This document shows positions 16,029 through 34,319 of a stretch of 64,000 nucleotides of DNA, in pieces. The number at the start of each line of letters is the position of its first letter. The stretch's first letter is position 1. A program made the translations under genes and the position numbers. A model generated the notes under the pieces. The model did no database searches. It was not told where the DNA came from and was given only the letters and a program-made list of their open reading frames with translations. Origin of the DNA: the human T2T-CHM13v2.0 reference genome, Homo sapiens; NCBI RefSeq assembly GCF_009914755.1, contig NC_060925.1; one strand, written 5' to 3'.

Positions 16029-17279
16029 AGGGAAAGAAATGAGCCTTCTCTTCTCCCATACTCCTTACTTACTCAGAACTGTGCTCTAGCAAATGCTCAG
16101 CACTATTTTTGTTAAAAGACTTGTCCAGAGCTGGGGCCTAGGACCTAAGTCTCCAATTCTCATTCTCCATCATTCTAGAAGTTAGAATACTTATGTCCTA
16201 ATTCTCTAATAGCTTCTATGTTTAGCCAGACAACACGACAGTTCTATTAGTCAAGGCAAGTCAGAATTACACCTTCTCACTGGGAACTAAATAAAACTAG
16301 TGTGGGATTAGTTGTTCTTGTAACCAATTTGACCACATTTGTGAAAAATGATTGTATTAAAAAATCGCATATTGGTGAAGATTTAGGTTTGTTTGCCTTT
16401 AAAAGATTGACAAACAGAAACGTTTTTCTCTGGTTCTGACTATGATTAAAACCATTTAAATGTTAGTATTGTCTGCTTTCTAGATATGATCTTCTGAAAG
16501 TTGAGGTAATCTGGGGTGGATTTATTTTATAGTCAGGTTTTCATTTTAGTGTATCTGGAATATTTCTGAATGCTGGTAGAGTCACACAGTTCTATATTTA
16601 GCTCTTTGGCATATAAATAGAATATGATCTTAAAAATAATTGTTATTGAGTGACTAACCTAACAGAGGGGTGAGACAACTTCTCATTCAGCCAAGTTGAT
16701 TTTGCTAAGTTATAGAGACGATGGCCAAGGAGAAAAGGACGAACTCTTCCTTCCCACATTGTTGTGGGTCACCCTACTTTTCTTTTGGCCAACTTCCCAC
16801 AACCAGGCCCTGGATCATTCTCCTGAAGCCCCAACCGAGCTCCTGTTTCCCACTTAACCCACACCTTGAGGTAGAGGAGGAATGCTTGTTCCTCCTCTAC
16901 GAAGACTCAGAGCGAAGACTGAGAGGAGGGCTCCAGAGTCACCCCCAGGTCCCGGGGGAAACCAGCAGGTTTCCACTCACCACTTTTTCTCCCCAAATCA
17001 GAAAATCTTAGTAGTAGGAACTAAGTGGTTGAGCCAGATACCTCATCGAATAGGTCTCAGAGGATGGCTGAGCGTTTAGGTAGTTCCTGTCCTTGATGGC
17101 CATTGTACTTCCTCTGGTTCGGAGACTCTGGTGTCCCTCGGATGCTGCACTTTGCCGGGGGGACTGGGCCTCAGAAGTGAGCTTCCATAGCCTCTCGGTG
17201 CTCTCAATCACTATGGCCTCATGTCCCTGTCCCAAGCTATGCCCAGGGTGAGACTGAATCCATGAACGACAGCAACAGT

Positions 17280-17520
17280 GACGTTTACCATTTACTGAGT
17301 TTCTGTGAGAGGCCGGATATGACATTAGTGCTCATCACACATGTTCTCATTTAATTCTCACTGCAAACCCACAAGGTAGGAATCTCCCTTTCCGTTTTAC
17401 AAATGAGAGGGATGAAAGGGTCAATAAATATAAGTAACCTGCAAGGATAGGGATATTTAGCTGGCGAGTGAAAGTTAGAGTTCGATCCAGGACCATGTGA
17501 AGCCAAGCTCATACTCTTCA
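17280..17520 (-). mobile_element. MIR
   Basis: catttaattctcac...gttttacaaatgagagg...aagtaacctgcaagg core in MIR antisense orientation. Confidence 0.6.
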
Positions 17521-18689
17521 CTAATATTAGGACATGTTGACTTTCAACAAGATTTTGCATAATTTTCCCTTCCCAAACTACCTCCCTCTTTTTTCTCTCT
17601 CTCTCTCTCTCTTTTTTTTTAAGACTCAGAAGGTGAAATACCTAGGTTGCATAAGCACAATTTTATTTTATTTGTCTCATTTGCATTATGTCATTGGCTG
17701 GAGCAAAGTCTGTTTAACGCTTTTTTAAAAAAGTGTTTCCAAAGCCCCTGGATCAGTGCTGTGTACGTAGTTGGTCCATAATAGACAGGGACTGACTAAT
17801 TAGGGGTAGGACCATGTTTCATAAGCATAGGGAGAGGAGAGAGCATATGACCTAGCTCAGACTTTGTCCCGGAATCCGGTGCACTGGCAAAACCAAGTCC
17901 TTGACAGCACTTTAGTCGCTATGGACTTGGCAGCGCATGTGCCTGTCGTCTACAAATAGTAGTTCAATCAACAACTGCCCTTTCTATGCTGACGGGATAT
18001 CTAGCCCTATGTAAACATTTCTTTTTTAGCACTAGATCTTAATTCCTGCAGCCCTTGGTTTATCACCAGTTTCTTGAGAAAATAATCTGTCCATGTTCTC
18101 CAGTCATGGGACGATGACTCAGGCTGGGGATTCAGGCCGTTTTCTGTGCAGTAGCTGGTCTTGCGGCCCCGTCCTGTTTGGACCCGAGCCAGCACACCGC
18201 AGCGAGGTGCTCCTTCCACCTCCCAGTGACCCGTGCCAGCCCTTCTGCTCCTTCCCCCCTGCTGCTCTTGCCTTTGTGGTTGCCAGAGTAACCATAAAAA
18301 TATTACTCCACATGCTGTAGGAACAAAATGTCAGTGCACTTTACTATTGTTTTAATTTAAAAACTAACGTGTGAAAATAACTCCAGCCTGGGAGAAATGC
18401 TCTCTCTGCCAGATGATTCCTTTTGGAAGGAGAGGTACAAAATCATTGTGAAGAACTCAGGGGTAGGAATGATACCTAGGTTTAGGATAAGAGCCTAAAC
18501 TCCTATGTCCTATGGTAAATGTCCCCTAAATGTTTGTCTGGTGAATGAATGAATGAATGAATGTGACACAAACTTTGCTGAAAAATTTAGGAATATATAA
18601 ATGGTATATATAAATTTTAAAGTAAAACTCTTAATTCCTATTATAAATTATAATAGAAATGCTATTATAAACTTTAGGATGGTGAGTGA

Positions 18690-18865
18690 AGCAGGTTGAA
18701 TAGTGTGCCCCCCAATTTCATGTTCTTCCAGAACCTCAGAATGTGACCTTATTTGGATATCAGAGTCTTTGCAGACGTAATAAGTTAAGGATCTCACAGT
18801 GAAATCATTCTGGACTTCGGATGGGCCCTAATCCAATGAATGATGTCCTTATAAGAAGAGGAGAC
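18690..18865 (+). mobile_element. MLT1 (MaLR) LTR 5' fragment
   Basis: gaacctcagaatgtgaccttatttgga...gtctttgcagacgtaataagttaag...gtccttataagaagagg. Confidence 0.75.
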
Positions 18866-18866
18866 T

Positions 18867-19194
<328 letters not shown>

Positions 19195-19667
19195 TTATTT
19201 GTTCAAATCTTTTGCCTTAAAAAAAAAGTTGTCTTATTATTATTATCCTAGAAGAATTCCTTATATTCTCAATACAAATCTTTTATCAGGTATGGGTGTT
19301 GTAAATATCTTTTCCTAATCTTTGGCTTGCCTTTTTAATTTCTTAACAAGAAAAGTTTTAAATTTCGATCAAGTCCAATTTATCAACTTTTTTTCTTTTA
19401 CAGTTTGTACTTTTTGTCCTCTCTGAGATATCTTAGATACAAACCAAGGTCACAAACATTTCTTCTGAAGTTTTCTTCTAGAAGTTTTATTGCTTTAGCT
19501 TTTACATTTAGGTTTATGATCATTTTGAGTGAATTTTTGCAGATGAATATGAAATGAGGTATGACAAAGTTATTTTTCACATATGTGTCCATTTGTTACA
19601 GCACTGATTGTTGAAGAGATGATTCTCTCCCTCATTGAATTACCTGTCACCTTCATCAGAAGTCAAT

Positions 19668-19788
19668 TGAGCTGGGTGCAGTCGTGCACATCTGTAGTCC
19701 CAGCTCCTTGGAAGTTGCAGTGGGAGGACTGCTTGAGTCCAAGAGTTCGAGGTCAGCCTGGGCAACATTGTGAGACTTCGTCTCTTAA
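19668..19788 (+). mobile_element. Alu monomer (FLAM-like)
   Basis: gagctgggtgcagtcgtgcacatctgtagtccc...cagcctgggcaacattgtgagac. Confidence 0.7.
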
Positions 19789-20197
<409 letters not shown>

Positions 20198-20236
20198 TGA
20201 TTACTGTAGTGGTAAAGTGAGTTTGGAAATAGGTAA

Positions 20237-21112
<876 letters not shown>

Positions 21113-21647
21113 TTAGGTGCCTTGTGTTTCTATATAAATTTTAGAATTGGTTTGTAAAATTCTAAAATGTTTGCTAAAATCAGGATTGCCTTGAATCTAT
21201 ACAACATACTAGGGAGAACTGACAACAATATTGACTCTTCTGATCTAGGAATACAGTATATCTTTCCATTTTGGGGGATCTTCTTTAACTTTTCTCCAGA
21301 ATGGTATGTAGCTTTCAATGTACAGGTCTTGCATTTTAAAATTAAATCTATTTTCAAATATTTTAATTTTTGGTAATATTAGGTATTTCATTTTTAAAAT
21401 TTCATTTTCCCATTGTTTCCTGTGCCTGTATCCCTGATTTTTGTACATTAACCTGAAATATTGTGTCCTTGCCAAACCCACTTTTTACTTCCAGTAGCTT
21501 TTTTGTGGATCTCTGGATTTTTTACATAGACAATCAATGCTATCTGTGAAGAAAAACACTATCACTTCTTTCTTTCCAACACGATGCCTTTTATTTCTTT
21601 TTCTTGTCTTTTTGTACTAGCCAGGACTTAGAGTACAATGTTGTAGA

Positions 21648-22232
21648 TGAAGGAAACCAAAATATTTCACCCCAAAATATTCTGTTTTAACATATTTCAG
21701 GATGGGTATTCAGCATGGCTGAAAAACTGTCTTTTGTGGGGGAGATTTGCATCTGCAGAGAAAGTCTGCATTGATGCCGCTAGGCTTTCTCTGAAGCCCT
21801 CCTTTGTCTGATCTAGCAAAGACTGAGAGACTGACTCTGTTGAAGGTCTAAAAGAAACATTTACCATCTATTCTCTCTGAGGGCTGCTACCTGTGTGATT
21901 TCATCTACATAACAAGATGACCTTTGCTAGCCAGACCTCCTCTTCTCTCCCTCCCAAACCTGTCTTGCCACCATAATCTGATTTAACACTACAAACTGTT
22001 TTTGGCCATGCTCTGAGCCAAAACATACTTTGGCCATTCTTTCTGTAAACTCAAGATGGTATATAAGCTTTTGCACCCCACTGGCGGGGGTTGCAGTAAT
22101 CACCCTGTGTTTCTCCCCCATGCACTTTAATAAATTTGTATGCCATTTCTCCTGGTAATCTTCCTTTTGTCGATTGATTTTTCAGCAAATCTTCCAAGGG
22201 GGGAAAGGTAAGTTTTCCCTTCACCTCTAAAC
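21648..22232 (+). mobile_element. ERV1 solo LTR (MER39-like)
   Basis: TGAAGGAAACCAAAATATTTCACCCCAAAATAT start, aataaa, ending ...agttttcccttcacctcta; interrupts the L1M. Confidence 0.75.
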
Positions 22233-22988
22233 ATACAAGTGTTGAAAACAGATATCCTTGCCCTGTTTCCTAATCTTAGGGGGAAGGCAATCTTCCCCAA
22301 AAAGGATGATGTTAACTCAAGGTTTCTCACAGGTGGCCTTTATCAGGTTGAGGAAACTTCCTTCAATTTTTAGCTTGTGTGAGTTTTTACTAGGAATGGA
22401 CTTCGGATTTTGTTGCATTTTTTTTCTGAGACTATTGAGATGATCACATGGTTTTTATTTTTCGGTGTGCTAATATGGCAAAATACATGGATGGATTTTA
22501 AAATATGAAGTCAACCTTACATTCCTGGAATAAATCCTACTTGGTCATGATGTGTTTTTCTATTATTGGTTGCTGGTTGGATTTCTAATATTTTGTTAGA
22601 AATGTCATGACGAATGTGTGGCTATGAGGGTTGTTAGTCTCTAGTTTTCTGGTCTCATAATGTCTTTATCAGGTTTGGTATGAGAAAACAAGGAGGGAAG
22701 TGTTTCTTTTTTTTGCTATTTTCTGAAAGAGCTTTCCTACAATTGGAATTAAATTTTCCTTAAGTGTTTGATATAATTTGCTAGTGAAATCATTTAATCC
22801 TGGAGGTATTTTTTGGGGAAAAGACTGATGACAATGAACTGAATTACTTCAATAGATATAGAGCTATTTGCATTTTGCTATTTCATTTCTGTTTCTTTTG
22901 ATAAATTGTGTCTTTTGAGAAGTTTAACAATTTAATCTAGTTTGCAAAATTTATTGACAAAAATATTCATAGTATTACCTTATCTTTT

Positions 22989-23384
22989 CTTCCTTCCTTC
23001 TTCCTTTTCTCTCTTTCTCTCTTTCTTTCTCTTTCTTTCTTTCTTTTTCTTTCTTTCTTTCCTTCTTTCTTTCCTTCCTTCCTTCCTTCTTTCTTTCTTC
23101 TTTCAACAGAATCTCTCTCTGTCACCCAGGCTAGAGTGCAATGGCACAATCTTGGCTTACTGCAACCTCTGCCTCCTGGGTTCAGGTGATTCTCCTGCCT
23201 CAGCTTCCTGAGCAGCTGGGATTACAGGCACCTGCCACCATGCCCAGCTAATTTTTGTATTTTTAATAGAGACGGGGTTTCACCATGTTGGCCAGGCTGG
23301 TCTGAGACTCCTGACCTCAGGTAATCTGCCCCCCTCAGCCTCCCAAAGTGCTGGGGTTACAGGCATGAGCCACTATGCCTGGCC
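22989..23384 (-). mobile_element. AluS whose tail has become a (TTTC)/(TTCC) microsatellite
   Basis: TSD TACCTTATCTTTT at 22976-22988 and 23385-23397 encloses both the repeat and the Alu body. Confidence 0.9.
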
Positions 23385-24689
23385 TACCTTATCTTTTGAA
23401 TGACTGTAGAATCAGTAGTGATTTCCCCTTTTTAAATCCTTATATTGGTAATTTGTGTTGTCTCTCTCTCTCTCTCATTTGTCAGTTTGGCTAGAGTTTT
23501 ATCAGTTTTATTAATCGTTTTGTTTTGTTTCATAGATTTTCTTTCTTTCTTTTTCTATTTCTATTAATTTTTGTTCTTAACTTTATTACTTTCTTCCCTC
23601 TGCTTGTGGTGGGTTTAATTTCCACTTCTTTCTTTGGTTTCTTGAAGCGGAAGCTTAGATCATTGATTTGAAATCCTTCTTTTCTAGTATGTTTAGTGCT
23701 ACACATTTCCTTCCCCGCACTATTTGTCCTCTACCTGCACATTTTGATATGTGGCACTCTCATTTTAATTCAGTTTAAAATATATTCTAATTTTCCTGTT
23801 GTTTTCTTGTTTAATCTATGGGTTATCTAGAAATATGTTGTATAATTTTGAAGATTTTAGGGATTTTCTGGATATCTTTCTGTTATTTATTTCATTATAG
23901 TCACAGAACATACTTTGTTTGATTTTAGTACTCTTAAATTTATTGATACATGTTTTATAGCCCAAGATATGGCTCATATTGGTGAATGTTCTGTATAGAT
24001 TTGGAAAAAAATTGTGTTCTGCTATTGCTGAGTAGTGTTCTACAAATGCCAATTAGATCAAGTTGGTTGACAGCAGTGTTTTATCAGTTATAGCAGTCTA
24101 ACTGATTTTCTGTCTACTTGTCCTGTCAACTCAATCAGAGAGAAGTGTTGAAATCAACTAAAACTGTGAATTTGTCTATTTTTCTTGTCAGTTCCAGTTT
24201 TGCTCTGAAGCTTTGTTACATACAAATTTAGGATTATGTTCTCTTGATATTGATGCTTTTACCATTATGAAATAATCATCTTTATTGAAACATATTTTAT
24301 CTAATATTAGAATGGCCACTCCAGTTTTCTTTTTATTAGAGTTTCCTGGCATATCTTTTTTCATCATTTTACTTTTAAACTATTTGTGTCTTTTTAGTTA
24401 AAATGAATTTTTTATAGATAGCATATGTCTTGCTTTTTTTTTTATTTTTTATTTTTTATTTTTTATTTTTAATGTTTTTTTTTTATTATACTCTAAGTTT
24501 TAGGGTACATGTGCACATTGTGCAGGTTAGTTACATATGTATACATGTGCCATGCTGGTGCGCTGCACCCACTAACGTTTCATCTAGCATTAGGTATATC
24601 TCCCAATGCTATCCCTCCCCCCTCCCCCGACCCCACCACAGTCCCCAGAGTGTGATATTCCCCTTCCTGTGTCCATGTGATCTCATTGT

Positions 24690-28517
<3,828 letters not shown>

Positions 28518-28581
28518 TTATGATGTTAGCTGGTGATTTTGCTCATTAGTTGATGCAGTTTCTTCCTAGTCTCGATGGTCT

Positions 28582-29598
28582 TTACATTTTGGCATGATTT
28601 TGCAGCGGCTGGTACCGGTTGTTCCTTTCCATGTTTAGCGCTTCCTTCAGGAGCTCTTTTAGGGCAGGCCTGGTGGTGACAAAATCTCTCAACATTTGCT
28701 TGTCTATAAAGTATTTTATTTCTCCTTCACTTATGAAGCTTAGTTTGGCTGGATATGAAATTCTGGGTTGAAAATTCTTTTCTTTAAGAATGTTGAATAT
28801 TGGCCCCCACTCCCTTCTGGCTTGTAGGGTTTCTGCCGAGAGATCCGCTGTTAGTCTGATGGGCTTTCCTTTGAGGGTAACCCGACCTTTCTCTCTGGCT
28901 GCCCTTAACATTTTTTCCTTCATTTCAACTTTGGTGAATCTGACAATTATGTGTCTTGGAGTTGCTCTTCTCGAGGAGTATCTTTGTGGCGTTCTCTGTA
29001 TTTCCTGAATCTGAACGTTGGCCTGCCTTGCTAGATTGGGGAAGTTCTCCTGGATAATATCCTGCAGAGTGTTTTCCAACTTGGTTCCATTCTCCACATC
29101 ACTTTCAGGTACACCAATCAGACGTAGATTTGGTCTTTTCACATAGTCCCATATTTCTTGGAGGCTTTGCTCATTTCTTTTTATTCTTTTTTCTCTAAAC
29201 TTCCCTTCTCGCTTCATTTCATTCATTTCATCTTCCATTGCTGATACCCTTTCTTCCAGTTGATCGCATCGGCTCCTGAGGCTTCTGCATTCTTCACGTA
29301 GTTCTCGAGCCTTGGTTTTCAGCTCCATCAGCTCCTTTAAGCACTTCTCTGTATTGGTTATTCTAGTTATACATTCTTCTAAATTTTTTTCAAAGTTTTC
29401 AACTTCTTTGCCTTTGGTTTGAATGTCCTCCCGTAGCTCAGAGTAATTTGATCGTCTGAAGCCTTCTTCTCTCAGCTCGTCAAAATCATTCTCCATCCAG
29501 CTTTGTTCTGTTGCTGGTGAGGAACTGCGTTCCTTTGGAGGAGGAGAGGCGCTCTGCGTTTTAGAGTTTCCAGTTTTTCTGTTCTGTTTTTTCCCCAT
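28582..29598 (-). CDS. LINE-1 ORF1p (RNA-binding chaperone), 338 aa
   Basis: MGKKQNRKTGNSKTQ...; REKG, ARR and YPAKLS motifs intact. Confidence 0.97.
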   Translation of the reverse strand: MGKKQNRKTGNSKTQSASPPPKERSSSPATEQSWMENDFDELREEGFRRSNYSELREDIQTKGKEVENFEKNLEECITRITNTEKCLKELMELKTKARELREECRSLRSRCDQLEERVSAMEDEMNEMKREGKFREKRIKRNEQSLQEIWDYVKRPNLRLIGVPESDVENGTKLENTLQDIIQENFPNLARQANVQIQEIQRTPQRYSSRRATPRHIIVRFTKVEMKEKMLRAAREKGRVTLKGKPIRLTADLSAETLQARREWGPIFNILKEKNFQPRISYPAKLSFISEGEIKYFIDKQMLRDFVTTRPALKELLKEALNMERNNRYQPLQNHAKM

Positions 29599-30501
29599 CT
29601 TTGTGGTTTTATCTACTTTTGGTCTTTGATGATGGTGATGTACAGATGGGTTTTCGGTGTAGATGTCCTTTCTGGTTGTTAGTTTTCCTTCTAACAGACA
29701 GGACCCTCAGCTGCAGGTCTGTTGGAATACCCTGCCGTGTGAGGTGTCAGTGTGCCCCTGCTGGGGGGTGCCTCCCAGTTAGGCTGCTCGGGGGTCAGGG
29801 GTCAGGGACCCACTTGAGGAGGCAGTCTGCCCGTTCTCAGATCTCCAGCTGCGTGCTGGGAGAACCACTGCTCTCTTCAAAGCTGTCAGACAGGGACACT
29901 TAAGTCTGCAGAGGTTACTGCTGTCTTTTTGTTTGTCTGTGCCCTGCCCCCAGAGGTGGAGCCTACAGAGGCAGGCAGGCCTCCTTGAGCTGTGGTGGGC
30001 TCCACCCAGTTCGAGCTTCCCGGCTGCTTTGTTTAGCTAAGCAAGCCTGGGCAATGGCGGGCGCCCCTCCCCCAGCCTCGTTGCCGCCTTGCAGTTTGAT
30101 CTCAGACTGCTGTGCTAGCAATCGGCGAGATTCCGTGGGCGTAGGACCCTCCGAGCCAGGTGTGGGATATAGTCTCGTGGTGCGCCGTTTCTTAAGCCGG
30201 TCTGAAAAGCGCAATATTCGGGTGGGAGTGACCCGATTTTCCAGGTGCGTCCGTCACCCCTTTCTTTGACTCGGAAAGGGAACTCCCTGACCCCTTGCGC
30301 TTCCCAGGTGAGGCAATGCCTCGCCCTGCTTCGGCTCGCGCACGGTGCGCACACACACTGGCCTGCGCCCACTGTCTGGCACTCCCTAGTGAGATGAACC
30401 CGGTACCTCAGATGGAAATGCAGAAATCACCCGTCTTCTGCGTCGCTCACGCTGGGAGCTGTAGACCGGAGCTGTTCCTATTCGGCCATCTTGGCTCCTC
30501 C
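29599..30501 (-). promoter_or_regulatory. L1 5'UTR with internal sense promoter and antisense promoter
   Basis: CpG-rich; intact YY1 site (CAAGATGGCCG, 30483-30493, minus strand). Confidence 0.9.
30054..30269 (+). CDS. LINE-1 ORF0 (antisense, primate-specific), 71 aa
   Basis: MAGAPPPASLPPCSLISDCC...RCVRHPFL; ATG at 30054; splice donors CAG|GTGTGG after 30159 and CAG|GTGCGT after 30244. Confidence 0.85.
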   Translation: MAGAPPPASLPPCSLISDCCASNRRDSVGVGPSEPGVGYSLVVRRFLSRSEKRNIRVGVTRFSRCVRHPFL

Positions 30502-31749
30502 GCTTTTTTTTATATCTAGTCAACAATCTTGTCCTTTAATTGAAATGTTTAGTCCATTTACATTTAATGTAATTAGTGATATGTTTGGGTTTAAATCTAC
30601 TGTTTGGCTATTTGTTTTATGTTTGTCTGATCTGTTCTTTGTTTCCATCTGCTTGTCTGCCTTCTTTTTGATATATTGAGTATTTCTATGATTGTATTTT
30701 GGGGGGCTTATTGGCTATGCCTCTGTTTGATTATTACTTTTTGTGGTTGTTCTAGGATTTACAATTTTCATTTATAACTTATAGCTCAAACTTTGAAATA
30801 ATATTATGCCACTTCACATACAGTGTAAGAACCTTACAACAGTATACTTTAATTTCCTCTTTCCATCCATTGTCAAACATCTTACATAACTTTATAACAT
30901 GTTATAAACTCCACAACACATTATCGCTTTAGTCAACTATCATTTAAATTTAAACATGAATGAAATAAGATAAAAAGTTCCTTATTGCAGTAAAAATCAG
31001 ATAATGTTACTTACTTCTTTGCTTAAAACCTTCCAACAGTTTCCTGCTGCAGTTTGAATTAAATCTAAACTCAAAATGTTTCACAGGTTTAAGCTAGTTG
31101 GGGGAAGGAAGATGTCATGATGTTTTCAGCATCTAGTGCCATGCTTCTTTCATGAAAAGTTCTCAAGAAATTGTTCCATTATTAACTAATGTTCACTTTT
31201 GTGTAATTTACATATCAGAGGAACTAATTAACCTAAATGAGTGCATAGTGGTAAAAACTGTAAGATGGCAATTTTACCACTGCTCACTCCAGCTCCTAGG
31301 TAGAAGGCATATTACATAAGAGAGGGACATGTTCATTATTGTCTAGCATAGCATCAGGTGTATAATAAACAGTAAGTATAGCTGAATGAAGGGATGAACG
31401 GATATGTGGTCTTTCCTAGGGTACTTACTTACTGTTTTAGTTTCTGCTACTTCCCTATTTCCCAACAAATTAGTGTAGCAGCTAGTGATATACCTAGGAT
31501 CAATATCATAGAATTGTGCAAATTGAATCTTACACACCAGCTTGTCTTCACCTTTGCTAAAGATTCTGTATCCTGTGGTGCTTGGCAGACAAGAAATGAG
31601 AGTGTTATAACATTTATTCATCTTAAAAGACCTCTTATTTCAAAGGAGTCCTTGAGAGGCATTCATAGTCTGTTTATACCTTTCAAGATTTTTTTCAGCT
31701 TCAATGCCAACCTAACTTATCTTCCCAGATTAAAATGTTTTTAAAAGTA

Positions 31750-32445
31750 CTTTTAGTCTGTTATCACAGTTGATTATTTTAATTTCCTCATTCTGTGCTC
31801 TCTTCAGTTTCACTGTGTATTTTTTGACAGTGATTAAGCAAAGTTGCATACAGTATTCCAAGCATAGACACCCACAGTTTGTGTGTGGAGTTGGAGTCTA
31901 TTTTTTTATTTATGTTTGTTCATTACTAAGGATGCCCAGCCTAATGTTATACCCTTTGGCGTTGGGGACACATAAGGTGTTCTACTTCTGGCAGTGAACT
32001 GTGTCTCAGAGCCTAACATCTTCCTTGTGGATTTGAATACCTTCACTCACTTTGAAATTCATGGACCTTCTTTTCTAGCTCATTTTGGCTTGGGAAATCT
32101 TTACTGAGTTTTCAGGACCTGGAATTTCACTACTTAGAAAATCTTAATGTCATGGGTCAAATTTGTGATACTGTTTATTCTGGATTCCAAATCATGGATA
32201 TGTTTAAATAAAGTAGGTCTGGTACCAAGTCCTTGGGGACCCATGGTTTTTATTTTTTTCTCCCTCTATTTCCTATATCTAAATAGATTTGCTGTCCTAG
32301 AACCAGATAAAAGGCCCCTTGATAAAGACGCTTTAAATAAATCACATGCACAGATTCAATCCTGTCCATGTGTCTTTTTTCCCCTCAAAAAAACTTAAAA
32401 AGATGAGTTAGTCATGATTTCCTAGGACAGAAATGATGGTGCCTC
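31750..32445 (-). mobile_element. CR1/L3 LINE reverse-transcriptase fossil
   Basis: Minus strand reads, with frameshifts, RKS*LTHL...VHVIYL...GAF...PQGL...IHDLE...HDIKI, matching the CR1 RT motif order KSCLTNL / VDVIYLDF.KAFD / GVPQGS / INDL / ADDTK. Confidence 0.6.
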
Positions 32446-32490
32446 ACGCTCCCCCTCTGGACCCCTGATCTGTGTATTTCCAGGCAGCTG

Positions 32491-32777
32491 TTGCTATGGT
32501 ATGAATATTTGTGTCCCCTCAAGATTTATACATTGAAATCCTAACCCCCCAGGCTGATGGGATTAGGAGGCGGGAACTTTGGGAAGTGATTAGGAAGCAA
32601 GATTAGAAATGGATTTGGCCTGTGAATCAGAAGGCAAGCTCTTACCGGACACAGAATCTGCCAGTGCCATGATCTTGGACTTTCTAGCTCCTAGAATTGC
32701 AAGAAATAAATATGTGCTGTTTATAAGCTACCTAGTCTATGACATTTTGTTGTAGCAGCCTAAACACACGAAGACAT
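32491..32777 (+). mobile_element. MLT1A/MST-type MaLR LTR
   Basis: tgctatggtatgaatatttgtgtcccc...gatcttggactttctagc...aaataaa...gtagcagcctaaac...aagaca. Confidence 0.75.
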
Positions 32778-32926
32778 CTGTGATTCCACCTTTTATTGTT
32801 GTGGACTGCCAGTTTATCTGGGATGGAAGTAGTATTTACTGCCTGCTTGCTTGTACGCACTTGCTCACTCTCTCGCTTTCCCTCCCTCTTTTCTTCCTTC
32901 CTTCTTTTTTCTTTCATTTCTTTTTA

Positions 32927-32959
32927 CAAACAAACAAACAAACAAACAAACAAACAAAC
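32927..32959 (+). repeat. (AAAC)n microsatellite
   Basis: About 8 perfect units. Confidence 0.9.
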
Positions 32960-33551
32960 TACCCAGCCAGCTTGCAGTTCAGGAGCAGAATTCCTGGGCT
33001 TGGGATGGAGTCTGACAAGAAACAGAAGGCACTATCTCAGTCTAGAAAGAGATAAGGGGTTCAGAACAGTGCTCAGGTGACCTGGAACTTTAGCAACTGG
33101 GTGTTTCCTCCAGATTCTGTGACCAGAGCTGCAGAATGCTTCTTGCTGTGGGCTCAGATTGGTTCTGGGACCAGGAAGGGACCTAGCATGTGTATGGTTT
33201 CCTAAATAATAGGCTTTTTGTTATTATTACTATTAGTTGCCTTTTAATGAATGGAAATAAGGAAGAATTTTTTTTTAATTGGAAGATATGCTGAACAGAT
33301 TAAGGTTGATGAGCAAATAATTAAAATGTATTTTAAGGGTATGCAAATTGAATTCATAGAAATTGAAAAAGAAATGAAAAACGAAGCTAGAGCAGGAGGA
33401 CTGAACATTTCCACACACACTTTCTTAAGAACAAAACAGTGATGTCCATATACGGAAAAATAGAAAAATGTTCAATGGAAACTAATTGACTAAGTAAAAA
33501 CACTTTCTAGGACATGGAATATAAATGGGAATGTTACAGGAATGAAAGTGG

Positions 33552-33868
33552 GGGCCCAGCATGGTGGTTCACATGTGTAATCTCAGCATTTTGAGAGGCA
33601 CAGGTGAGAGGACTGCTTGAGTCCAGAAGTTCGAGACCAGCCTGGGCAACATAGTGAAACTGCCGTCTCTGCAAAAAAAGTAAAAAAAAAAAATTAGCTG
33701 AGAATGTTGGCGGGCACCTGTAGTTCCAGCTACTTGGGAGGCTGAGGTGGGAGGATCGTTTGTGTCTGGAGTTTGAGATTATAGTGAGCTGTGATTGTGC
33801 CACTGCACTCTAGCCTAGGTGAAAGAGTGAGACCCAATCTCTCAAAAAAAAAAAAATAAATAAATAAA
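33552..33868 (+). mobile_element. AluJ
   Basis: Diverged Alu dimer with A/TAAA tail. Confidence 0.88.
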
Positions 33869-34319
33869 GTTGAATGTGGGGTAGTTTACTAGGAGAAACA
33901 TGAATAATGAAAATTAGTAGATAAAATGAGAGAATTAAAGCAAACTCTATAAAGAAAAATTGAAAAAGACTAAATGGTTCAGTAATGAGATATATTAATA
34001 AAAGTAAGTATTTTTTCTTATTAGATGGACATAGAAATCTGATTCGAAATGACACTACAGGATAGAGACTTGAAACAAACTCAACTGTCTATTTATTCAT
34101 CAATCTGTCTATCTATATCGAGTATCACTGTGTGGTTTTATTTTGAAGGTACAAATTGAATTTAAAGAAACAATGGAGAGGAAAAATCCGAGTCATATGT
34201 ATTGACAAATTTCAGTTATTTACCTTTTTAAGTACTGAGCAGGCATTGGTCTCATTTTGGAGATTTCGTGCAGGAGAATTTTGGATATTAATCAAAATAA
34301 TAAGTTACATATTTAGAGA

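Noticed and set aside
24571-24590. Assignment of the L1 to the Ta subfamily
   Set aside because: The diagnostic trinucleotide reads ACG, not ACA, which indicates pre-Ta.
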